NCBI GenBank assembly: GCA_973895155.1
Contig: OZ316897.1
Location: 20,922,260-20,986,259 of the forward strand
From: Marsupella aquatica
Lineage: Eukaryota > Plantae > Marchantiophyta
Length of the DNA stretch: 64,000 bases
Direction: 5' to 3'
Shown here: positions 12,401 to 24,400 of the stretch, one piece after another
Layout: each line of letters opens with the position of its first letter
How positions within the stretch are numbered: position 1 is the stretch's first letter
Made by a program: the position numbers and the translations under genes
Notes under the pieces: generated by a model
Database searches by the model: none
What the model was told of the DNA's origin: nothing
Seen by the model: the letters and a program-made list of their open reading frames with translations, nothing else

Positions 12401-15400
12401 CGGGCTCCTTGGGAGCAACCTCATCCTCCGCCACGGGTGCCACAAGACCCTCTGGGACAGCCGCATCCTCGTGCTCAACCTCTGGTGCCACCTCAACTGG
12501 CTCCTCTGGGGCAGCCAACTTGTCCAGCACGGGTGCCACTAGCTCCTCAGGGATAGCCTCATGCTCCTGCTCAACCTCTGGTGCCACCTCAAGTGGCTCC
12601 TCTAGGGCAGCCAACTTCTCCACGGCTGCTGGTTCCTCCTCCAAAGGGAGGTCACATTCCCTCGTTGCGGGAGCGGGTGCTTCTTCCACCGCGGGCTGCT
12701 TGCGAGCAACCTCATCCTCCACCACGGGTGCCACTTGCTCCTCTGGGACAGCCTCATGCCCCTGCTCAACCTCTGGTGCCACCTCAAGAGGCTCCTCGGG
12801 GGTAGCCAAGTTCTCCACGGCTGTGGGTTCCTCCTCAGTGGGTTCTAGTTCTGGTGATGCCACCTCAGACATGGGTGCAACCTCTTCCTCTGTTGAGGGC
12901 ATAGCTAGGCTGGGCTCCTTCTCGGCTGCAAGATCCTCTGCTACTGGTGGCGATGCCTCCAAGGGGAGGTCAAATTCCCTGGTTGCGGTGGCAAGTGTTG
13001 TTTCCACCTCGGGCTCCTTGGGAGCAACCTCATCCTCCGCCACGGGTGCCACAAGCCCCTCTGGGACAGCCGCATCCTCGTGCTCAACCTCTGGTGCCAC
13101 CTCAACTGGCTCCTCTGGCGCAGCCAACTTCTCCAGCACGGGTGCCACTAGCTCCTCAGGGATAGCCTCATGCTCCTGCTCAACCTGTGGAGCCACCTCA
13201 AGTGGCTCCTCTGGGGCAGCCAACTTCTCCACGGCTGCTGGTTCCACTTCCAAAGGGAGGACAAATTCCCTGGTTGCTGGGGCTGGTGCTGCTTCCACCG
13301 CGGGAACCTTGGGAGCAACCTGATCCTCCACCACGGGTGCCATTGGCTCCTCAGGGACAGCCTCATGCTCCTGCTCAACCTCTCGTGCCACCTCAACAGG
13401 CTCCTCCGGGGCAGCCAACTTCTCCACGGCTGTTGGTTCCTCCTCTGTGGGTTCTAGTTCTGGTGATGCTACCTCAGACGCGGCTTGAACCTCTTCTTCT
13501 CTTGAGGGCAAAGCTAGGCTGGGCTCCTTCTGGGCTGCAAGGTCCTCCGCTACTGGTGGCGATGGCTCCAAGGGGAGGTCAAATTCCCTGGTTGTGGTGG
13601 CAGGTACTGTTTCCACCCCAGGCTCCTTGGGAGCAACGTCATCCTCCGCCACGAGTGCCACAAGCTCCTCTGTGACAGCCACATGCTCCTGCTCCACCTC
13701 TGGTGCCACCTCAAGTGGCTCCTTTGGGGCAGCCAACTTCTCCAGGGCTGTTAGCTCCTCCTCTGTGGGTTTGAGTTTTGGTGATGCTACTTCAGGCGTG
13801 GGTGCAACCTCTTCCTCTTTTGAGGGCACAACTAGGTTGGGCTCCTGCTCGGCTGCAAGGTCCTCTGCTACTGGTGGCGATGCCTCCAAGGGGAGGTCAA
13901 ATTCCCTGGTTGCAGTGGCAGGTGCTGTTTCCACCATGGGCTCCTTGGGAGCAACCTTTTCCTCCGCCACGGGTGCCACAAGCTCCTCTGGGACAGCCGC
14001 ATCCTCGTGCTCAACCTCTGGTGCCACCTCAACTGGCTCCTGTGGGGCAGCCAACTTCTCCACGACGGGTGCCAATGGCTCCTGTGGGACATGCTCCTGC
14101 TCAACCTCTGGTGCCACCTCAACAGGCTTCTCCGGGGCAGCCAACTTCTCCACGTCTGTTGGTTCCTCCTCTGTGGGTTGTAGTTCTGGTGCTGCTAGTT
14201 CAGATGTAGGTGCCATCTCTTCCTCTGTTGAGGGCACAGCTGGGCTGGGCTCCTCCTCCGCTGCAAGGTCCTTAGCTGCTGGTCCCGATGCCTCCAAGGG
14301 GAGGTGAAATTCCCTGGTTGCCCGGGCAGGTGCTGCTTCTACTGTGGGGTCCTTGGGAGCAACCTCATCCTCCAACACGGGGGAAACTTGCTCCTCTGGG
14401 ACAGCCTCATGCTCCTCTGGGGCAGCCAACTTCTCCAGCATGGGTGCCAGTAGCTCCTCAGGGATAGCATCATGCTCCTGCTCAACCTCTGGTGCCACCT
14501 CAAGTGGCTCCTCTGGGGCAGCCAACTTCTCCACGGCTGCTGGTTCTTCCTCTCTGGGTTCTAGTTTTGGTGCTGGTAGTACAGACATAGGTGCCACCTC
14601 TTCCTCTGTTGAGGGCAGAGCTGGGTTGGGCTCCTCCTCCACTGCAAGGTCCTGAGCTGCTGGTCCCGATGCGTCCAAGGGGAGGTCAAATTCCTTGGTG
14701 GCCGTGGCAGGTGCTGCTTCCAAAGCGGGGTCCTTGGGAGCAACCTCATCCTCCACCACGGTTGCCACTTGCTCCTCTGGGACAGCCTCATCCTCCTGCT
14801 CAACCTCTAGTGCCACCTCAACAGGCTCCTCCGGGGCAGCCAACTTCTCCACGGCTGTTGGTTCCTCCTCCAAAGGGAGGTCAAATTGCCTCGTTGCGGC
14901 GGCTCGTGCTGCTTCCACCGCGGGCTCCTTGGGAGCAACCTGATCCTCCACCATGGGTGCCACTGGCTCCTCAAGAACAGCCACATGCTCCTGCTCAACC
15001 TCAGGTGCCACCTCAAGTGGTTCCTTTGGGGCAGCCAATTTCTCCACGGCTGGTGGCGATGCCTCCAAGGGGAGGTCAAATTCCCTGATTGCCGTGGCAG
15101 GTGCTGCTTCTACTGCGGTGTTCTTGGGAGGAACCTCATCCTCCACCACGGGTGCCACTGGCTCCTCTGGGACATCCACATGCTCCTGCTCAACCTCTGG
15201 TGCCACCTCCAGTGGCTCCTCTGGGACAGCGACATGCTCCTGCTCAACGTCAAGCGCCACCTCAACTGGCTCCTCTGCGGCAGCCAACTTCTCCACGGCT
15301 GCTGGTTCCTCCTCCAAAGGGAGGTCAAATTCCCTCGTTGCTGGGGCTGGTGCTGCTTCCACCGCGGGCACCTTTTGAGCAACCTCATCCTCCACCACGG

Positions 15401-18400
15401 GTGCCACTGGCTCCTCAGGGACAGCCTCATGCTCCTGCTCAACCTCTGGTGCCACCTCAACAGCCTCCTCTGGGGCAGCCAATTTCTCCACAGATGCTAG
15501 TTCCTCCTCCAAAGGGAGTTCAAATTCCCTCGTTGAGGGGGCTGCTGCTGCTTCCACCGCGGGCTCCTGGGGAGCAACGTCATCCTCCACCACGGGTGCC
15601 ACTGGCAGCTCAGGGACAGCCTCATGCTCCTGCTCAACCTCTGGTGCCACCTGAACAGGATCCTCCGGGACACCCAACTTCTCCACGGCTGTTGGTTCCT
15701 CCTCTGTGGGTTCTAGTTCGGGTGATGCTACTTCAGACATGGGTGCAACCTCTTCCTCTGTTGAGGGCACACCTAGACTGGGCTCCTTCTCGGCTGCAAG
15801 GTCCTCTACTACTGGTGGCGATGCCTCCAAGTGGAGGTCAAATTCGCTGGTTGCGGTGGCAGGTACTGTTTCCATCGCGGGCTCCTTGGGAGCAACCTCA
15901 TCCTCCGCCACGGGTGCCACAAGGTCCTCTAGGACAGCCAAATCCTCCTGCTCAACCTCTGGTGCCACCTCAACTGGCTCCTCTGGAGCAGCGAACTTGT
16001 CCACGGCTGCTGGTTCCTCCTCCAAACGGAGGTCAAATTCCCTCGTTGCTGGGGCTGGTGCTGTTTCCACCACGGGCACCTTGGGACCAACCTCACCCTC
16101 CACCACGGGTGCCACTAGCTCCTCAGGGAAAGCCTCATGCTCCTGCTCAACCTGTGGTGCCACCTCAAGAGGCTCCTCTAGGGTAGCCAACTTCTCCACG
16201 GGTGTTGGTTCCTCCTCTGTGGGTTCTAGTTCGGGTGATGCTACTTCAGACATGGGTACAACCTCTTCCTCTGTTGAGGGCACACCTAGACTGGGCTGCT
16301 TCTCGGCTGCAAGGTCCTCTGCTACTGGTGGCGATGCCTCCAAGTGGAGGTCAAATTCCCTGGTTGCAGTGGCAGGTACTGTTTCCACCGCGGGCACCTT
16401 GGGAGCAACCTCATCCTCCGCCACGGGTGCCACAAGGTCCTCTAGGACAGCCAAATCCACCTCCTCAACCTCTGATGCCACCTCAACTGGCTCCTCTGGG
16501 GCAGCGAACTTCTCCACGGCTGCTGGTTCCTCCTCCAAACGGAGGTCACATTCCCTCGTTGCTCGGGCTGCTGCTGCTTCCACCACGGGCACCTTGGGAG
16601 CAACCTCATCCTCCACCACGGGTGCCATTGGCTCCTCAGGGACAGCCTCATGCTCCTGCTCAACCTCTGGTGCCACCTGAAGAGGCTCCTCTGGGGCAGC
16701 CAACTTCTCCACGGCTGCTGGTTCCTCCTCCAAACGGAGGTCAAATTCCCTCGTTGCTGGGGCTGGTGCTACTTCCACCACGGGCACCTTGGGAGCAACC
16801 TCATCCTCCACCATGGGTGCCACTGGCTCCTCAGGGACAGCCTCATGCTCCTGCTCAACCTCTGGTGCCACCTCAAGTGGCTCCTCTGGGGCAGCCAACT
16901 TCTCCACGGCTGCTGGTTCCTCCTCCGAAGGGAGGTCAAATTCCCTTGGTGCGGGGGCTGGTGCTGCTTCCACCGCGGGCTCCTTGGGAGCAACCTCAAA
17001 TTCCACCACGGGTCCAACTGGCTCCTCAGGCACAGCCTCATGCTCCTCCTCACCCTCTGGTACCACCTCAACTGGCTCCTCTAGGGCACCCACCTTCTCC
17101 ATGACTACTGGTTCTTCCTCTCTGGGTTCTAGTTTTGGTGCTGGTAGTACAGACGGAGGTGCCACCTCTTCCTCTGTTGAGGGCAGAGCTGGGCTGGGCT
17201 CCTCCTCCACTGCAAGGTCCTGAGCTGCTGGTCCCGATGCGTCCAAGGGGAGCTCAAATTCCTTGGTGGCCATGGCAGGTGCTCTTTCCAAAGCGGGGTC
17301 CTTGGGAGCAACCTCATCCTCCACCACGGGTGCCACTCGCTCCTCTGGGACAGCCTCATCCTCCTGCTCAACCTCTAGTGCCACCTCAACAGGCTCCTCC
17401 TGGGCAGCCAACTTCTCCACGGCTGTTGGTTCCTCCTCCAAAGGGAGGTCAAATTGCCTCGTTGAAGCGGCTGGTGCTGCTTCCACCGCGGGCTCCTTGG
17501 GAGCAACCTGATCCTCCACCACGGGTGCCACTGGCTCCTCAGGGACAGCCTCATGCTCCTGCTCAACCTCTGCTGCCACCTGAACAGGCTCCTCCGGGGC
17601 ACCCAACTTCTCCACGGGTGTTGGTTCCTCCTCTGTGGGTTCTAGTTCGGGTGATGCTACTTCAGACATGGGTACAACCTCTTCCTCTGTTGAGGGCACA
17701 CCTAGACTGGGCTGCTTCTTGGCTGCAAGGTCCTCTGCTACTGGTGGCGATGCCTCCAAGTGGAGGTCAAATTCCCTGGTTGGGGTGGTAGGTGCTGTTT
17801 CCACCGCGGGCTCCTTGGGAGCAACCTCATCCTCCGCCACGGGTGCCACAAGGTCCTCTAGGACAGCCAAATCCTCCTTCCCAACCTCTGGTGCCACCTC
17901 AACTGGCTCCTCTGGGGCAGCAAACTTCTCCATGGCTGCTGGTTCCTCGTCCAAACGGAGGTCAAATTGCCTCGTTGCTGGGGCTGGTGCTGCTTCCACC
18001 ACGGGCACCTTGGGAGCAACCTCATCCTCCACCACGGGTGCCACTGGCTCCTCAGGGACAGCCTCATGCTCCTGCTCAACCTCTGGTGCCACCTGAAGAG
18101 GCTCCTCTGGGGCAGCCAACTTCTCCACGGCTGCTGGTTCCTCCACCAAAGGGAGGTCAAATTCCCTCGTTGCGGGGGCTTGTGTTGCTTCCACCGCGGG
18201 CTCCTTGGGAGCAGCCTCATCCTCTACCACTGGTGCCACTGGCTCCTCAGGGACAGCCTCATGCTCCTGCTCAACCTCTGGTGCCACCTCAAGAGGCTGC
18301 TCTGGGGCAGCCAACTTCTCTGCGGCTGCTGGTTCCTCCTCCAAACGGAGGTCAAATTCCCTTGTTGCTAGGGCAGGTGTTGCTTCCATCACAGGCACCT

Positions 18401-21400
18401 TGGGAGGAACCTCATCCTCCACCACGGGTGCCACTGGCTCCTCAGGGACAGCCTCATGCTCCTGCTCAACCTCTGGTGCCACCTCAAGAGGCTCCTCCGG
18501 GGCAGCCAACTTCTCCACAACTGTTGGTTCCTCCTCTGTGGGTTCTAGTTCTGGTGATGCTACTTCAGACGTGGCTTCAACCTCTTCCTCTGTTGAGGGC
18601 AAACCTAGGCTGGGCTCCTTCTGGGCTGCAAGGTCCTCTGCTACTGGTGGCGATGCCTGCAAGGGGAAGTCAAATTCCCTCGTTGCGGTGGCAGGTGCTG
18701 TTTCCACCGCGGGCTCCTTGGGAGCAACCTCATCCTCCGCCACGGGTGCCACAAGCTCCCCTGGGACAGCCAAATGCTCTTGCTCAACCTCTGGTGCCAC
18801 CTCAAGTGGCTCCTCTGGGGCAGCCAACTTCTCCACGGCTGCTGGTTCCTCCACCAAAGGGAGGTCAAATTCCCTCGTTGCGGGGGCTTGTGCTTCTTCC
18901 ACCGCGGGCTCCTTGGGAGCAGCCTCATCCTCCACCACGGGTGCCACTGGCTCCTCAGGGACAGCCTCAGGCTCCTCCTCAACCTCTGGTGCCACCTCAA
19001 CAGGTTCCTCCGGGGCAGCCAACTTCTCCACGGCTGTTGGTTCCTCCTCTGTGGGTTTGAGTTCTTGTGATGCTACTTCGGACATGGATGCCACCTCTTG
19101 CTCTGTTGAGGGCACAGCTAGGCTGGGCTCCTCCTCCGCTGCAAGCTCCTCAGCTGCTGGTCCTGATGCCCCCAAGGGGAGGTGAAATTCCCTGGTTGCG
19201 GTGGCAAGTGTTGTTTCCACCGCGGGCTCCTTGGGAGCAACCTCATCCTCCGCCACCGGTGCCACAAGCTCCTCGGGGACAGCCACATGCTCCTGGTCAA
19301 CCTCTGGTGCCACCTCAAGTGGCTCCTGTGGGACAGCCAACTTCTCCACGGCTACTGGTTCCACCTCCAAAGGGAGCTCAAATTCCCTCGTTGCGAGGGC
19401 TGGTGCTGCTTCCAACGCGGGGTCCTTGGGAGCAACCTCATCCTCCACCACGGGTGCCACTGCCTCCTCAGGGACAGACTCATCCTCGTGCTCAACCTCT
19501 GGTGCCACCTCAACAGGGTCCTCCAGGCCAGCCAACTTCTCCACGGCTGTTGGCTCCTCCTCTGAGGGTTCGAGTTCTGGTGATGCTACTTCAGACATAG
19601 GTGCAACCTCTTCCTTTGTTGAGGGCCAACCTAGGCTGGGCTCCTTCTCGGCTGCAAGGTCCTCTGCTACTCGTGGCGATGCCTCCAAGTGGAGGTCAAA
19701 TTCCCTGGTTGCGGTGGTAGGTCCTGTTTCCACCGTGGGCTCCTTGGGAGCAACCTCATTCTCCGCCACGGGTGCCACAAGCTCCCCTTGGACAGCCGCA
19801 TGCTCCTGCTCAACCTCTGGTGCCACCTCAACTGTCTCCTTTGGGGCAGCCAACTTCTCCACGGCTGCTGGTTCCTCCTCCAAAGGGAGGTCAAATTCCC
19901 TCGTTGCGGGGGCTGGTGCTGCTTCCACCGCGGGGTCCTTGGGAGCAACCTCATCCTCCACCATGGGTGCCACTGGCTCCTCAAGGACAGCCTCATGCTC
20001 CTGCTCAACCTCTGGGGCCACCTCAACAGGGTCCTCCGGGCCAGTCAACTTCTCCACGGCTATTGGTTCCTCCTCTGAGGGTTCGAGTTCTGGTGATGCT
20101 ACTTCAGACATAGGTGCAACCTCTTCCTCTGTTGAGGGCCAACCTAGGCTGGGCTCCTTCTCGGCTGCAAGGTCCTCTGCTACTCGTGGCGATGCCTCCA
20201 AGTGGAGGTCAAATTTCCTGGTTGCGGTGGTAGGTCCTGTTTCCACCGCGGGCTCCTTGGGAGCAACCTCATCCTCCGCCACGGGTGCCACAAGCTCCCC
20301 TTGGACAGCCGCATGCTCCTGCTCAACCTCTGGTGCCACCTCAACTGGCTCCTCTGGGGCAGCCAACTTCTCCACGGCTGCTGGTTCCTCCTCCAAAGGG
20401 AGGTCAAATTCCCTCGTTGCGGGGGCTGGTGCTGCTTCCACCGTGGGGTCCTTGGGAGCAACCTCATCCTCCACCATGGGTGCCACTGGCTCCTCAGGGA
20501 CAGCCTCATGCTCCTGCTCAACCTCTGGGGCCACCTCAACAGGGTCCTCCGGGCCAGTCAACTTCTCCACGGCTGTTGGTTCCTCCTCTGAGGGTTTGAG
20601 TTCTGGTGATGCTACTTCAGACATGGGTGCAACCTCTTCCTCTATTGAGGGCACAGCTGGGCTGGGCTCCTCCTCCACTGCAAGGTCCTCAGCTGCTGGT
20701 CCCGATGCCTCCAAAGGGAGGTCAAATTCCCTGGTTGCCATGGTAGGTGCTGCTTCTACCGCTGGGTCCTTGGGAGCAACCTCATCCTCCACCACGGGTG
20801 CCATTGGCTCCTCAGGGACAGCCACATGCTCCTCCTCAACCTGTGGTGTCAACTCAAGTGGCTCCTCTGGGGAAGCCAACTTCTCCACGGCTGCTGGTTC
20901 CTCCTCCAAAGGGAGGTCAAATTCCCTCGTTGCTGGGGCTGGTGGTGCTTCCACCGCGGGCACCTTGGGAGCAACCTCATCCTCCACCACGGGTGCCACT
21001 GGCTCCTCAGGGACAGCCTCATGCTCCTGCTCAACCTCTGCTGCCACCTGAACAGGCTCCTCCGGGGCACCCAACTTCTCCACGGGTGTTGGTTCCTCCT
21101 CTGTGGGTTCTAGTTCGGGTGATGCTACTTCAGACATGGGTACAACCTCTTCCTCTATTGAGGGCACACCTAGACTGGGCTGCTTCTTGGCTGCAAGGTC
21201 CTCTACTACTGGTGGTGATGCCTCCAAGTGGAGGTCAAATTCCCTGGTTGCGGTGGCAGGTGCTGTTTCCACCGCGGGCTCCTTGGGAGCAACCTCATCC
21301 TCCGCCACGGGTGCCACAAGGTCCTCTAGGACAGCCAAATCCTCCTTCCCAACCTCTGGTGCCACCTCAACTGGCTCCTCTGGGGCAGCAAACTTCTCCA

Positions 21401-24400
21401 CGGCTGCTGGTTCCTCCTCCAAACGGAGGTCAAATTCCCTCATTGCTGGGGCTGGTGCTGCTTCCACCACGGGCACCTTGGGAGCAACCTCATCCTCCAC
21501 CACGGGTGCCACTGGCTCCTCAGGGACAGCCTCATGCTCCTGCTCAACCTGTGGTGCCACCTGAAGAGGCTCCTGTGGGGCAGCCAACTTCTCCGCGGCT
21601 GCTGGTTCCTCCTCCAAACGGAGGTCAAATTCCCTCGTTGCTAGGGCTGGTGCTGCTTCCACCACGGGCACCTTGTGAGGAACCTCATCCTCCACCACGG
21701 GTGCCACTTGCTCCTGAGGGACAGCCTCATGCTCCTGCTCAACCTCTGGTGCCACCTCAAGAGGCTCCTCCGGGGCAGCCAACTTCTCCACAACTGTTGG
21801 TTCCTCCTCTGTGGGTTCTAGTTCTGGTGATGCTACTTCAGACATGGGTGCAACCTCTTCCTCTATTGAGGGCACAACTGGGCTGGGCTCCTCCTCCGCT
21901 GCAAGGTCCTCAGCTGCTGGTCCCGATGCCTCCAAAGGGAGGTCAAATTCCCTGGTTGCCGTGGTAGGTGCTGCTTCTACCGCTGGGTCCTTGGGAGCAA
22001 CCTCATCCTCCACCACGGGTGCCACTGGCTCCTCAGGGACAGCCACATGCTCCTCCTCAACCTGTGGTGCCACCTCAAGTGGCTCCTCTGGGGAAGCCAA
22101 CTTCTCCACGGCTGCTGGTTCCTCCTCCAAAGGGAGGTCAAATTCCCTCGTTGCGGGGGCTGGTGTTGCTTCCACCGCGGGCTCCTTGGGAGCAGCCTCA
22201 TCCTCCACCATGGGTGCCACTGGCTCCTCAGGGACAGCCTCAGGCTCCTCCTCAACCCCTGGGGCCACCTCAACAGGCTCCTCCGGGGCAGCCAACTTCT
22301 CCACAGCTGTTGGTTCCTCCTCTGTGGGTTTGAGTTCTTGTGATGCTACTTCAGACGTGGGTGCCACCTCTTCCTCTGTTGAGGGCACAGCTAGGCTGGG
22401 CTCCTCCTCTGCTGCAAGGTCCTCAGCTGCTGGTCCTGATGCGTTCAAGGGGAGGTCAAATTCCCTGGTTGTGGTGGCAGGTGCTGTTTCCACCGGGGGC
22501 TCCTTGGGAGCAACCTCATCCTCCGCCACGGGTGCCACAAGCTCCTCGGGGACAGCCACATGCTCCTGGTCAACCTCTGGTGCCACCTCAAGTGGCTCCT
22601 GTGGGACAGGCAACTTCTCCACGGCTGCTGGTTCCTCCTCCAAAGGGAGGTCAAATTCCCTCGTTGCGGGGGCTGGTGCTGCTTCCACTGGGGGCTCCTT
22701 GCGAGCAACCTTATCCTCCATCACGGGTGCTACTGGCTCCTGAGGGACAGCCTCATGCTCCTGCTCAACCTCTGGTGCGACCTCAACTGGCTCCTCTGGG
22801 GCAGCCAACTGCTCCACGGCTACTGGTTCCTCCTGTGTGGGTTCTAGTTCTGGTTTTGTGAGTTCAGACGTAGGTGCCACCTCTTCCTCTGTTGAGGGCA
22901 CAGCTGGGCTGGGCTCCTCCTCCGCTGCAAGGTCCTCAGCTGCTGGTGGCGATGCCTCTAAGGGGAGGTCAAATTCCCTGGTTGCGGTGGCAGGTGCTGC
23001 TTCTACCGCGGGGTCCTTGGGAGGAACCTCATCCTCCACCACGGGTGCCACTGGCTCCTCTGGGACAGTCTCATGCTCCTGCTCAACCTTTGGTGCCACC
23101 TCAACAGGCTCCTCCGGGGTAGCGAACTTCTCCACGGTTGTTGGTTCCTGCTCCGTGGGTTCTAGTTCTGGTGATGCTACTTCAGACATGGGTGCAAACT
23201 CTTCCTCTGTTGAGGGCACACCTAGGCTGGGCTCCTTCTTGGCTGCAAGGTCCTCTGCTACTGGTGGCAATCCCTCCAAGGGGAGGTCAAATTCCCTGGT
23301 TGCGGTGGCAGGTGCTGTTTCCACCGTGGGGTCCTTGGGAGCAACGTCATCCTCCGCCACCGGTGCCACAAGCTCCTGTGGGACAGCCGCATGCTCCTGC
23401 TGAACCTTTGGTGCCACCTCAACTGGCTCCTCTAGGGCAGTGAACTTCTCCACGGGTGCTGGTTCCTCCTCCAAAGGGAGGTCAAATTCCCTCGTTGCGG
23501 GGGCTGCTGCTGCTTCCACCACGGGCTCCTTGGGAGCAACCTCATCCTCCACCAGAGGTGCCACTGGCTTCTCACGAACAGCCTCATGCTCCTGCTCAAC
23601 CTCTGGTGCCACCTCAACAGGCTCCTCCGAGGCAGCCAACTTCTCCACGGCTGTTGGTTCCTGCTCTGTGGGTTCTAGTTCTGGTGATGCTACTTCAGAC
23701 GTGGGTGCAACCTCTTCCTCTGTTGAGGGCACAGCTAGGGTGGGCTCCTTCTCGGCAGCAAGGTCCTCTGCTAGTGGTGGCGATGCCTGCAAGGGGAGGT
23801 CAAATTCCCTGGTTGCGGTGGCAGGTGCTGTTTCCATCGTGGGCTCCTTGGGAGCAACCTCATCCTCCGCCACGGGTGCCACAAGCTCCTCTGGGACAGC
23901 CACATGCTCCTGCTCAACCTCTGGTGCCACCTCAAGTGGTTCCTCTGGGGCAGCCAATTTCTCCACGGCTGCTGGTTCCTCCTCCAAAGGGAGGTCAAAT
24001 TCCCTCGTTGCGGGGGCTGGTGCTGCTTCCACCGCGGGTTCCTTGGGAGCAACCTCATCCTCCACCACGGGTGCCACTGGCTCCTCAGGGACAGCCTCAT
24101 GCTCCTGCTCAACCTCTGGTGCCACCTCAACAAGCTCCTCCGCGGCAGCCAACTTCTCCAGGGCTGTTGGTTCCTCCTCTATGGGTTCTAGTTTTGGTGT
24201 TGCTACTTCAGACGTGGGTGCCACCTCTTCCTCTGTTGAGGGCACAGCTAGGCTGGGCTCCTCCTCCGCTGCAAGGTCCTCAGCTGCTGGTCCTGATGCC
24301 TCGAAGGGGAGGTCAAATTCCCTGGTTGCCGTGGCAGGTGCTACCTCTGCAGGCTCCTTGGGAGCAACCTCATCCTCCACCACGGGTGCCACTGGCTCCT

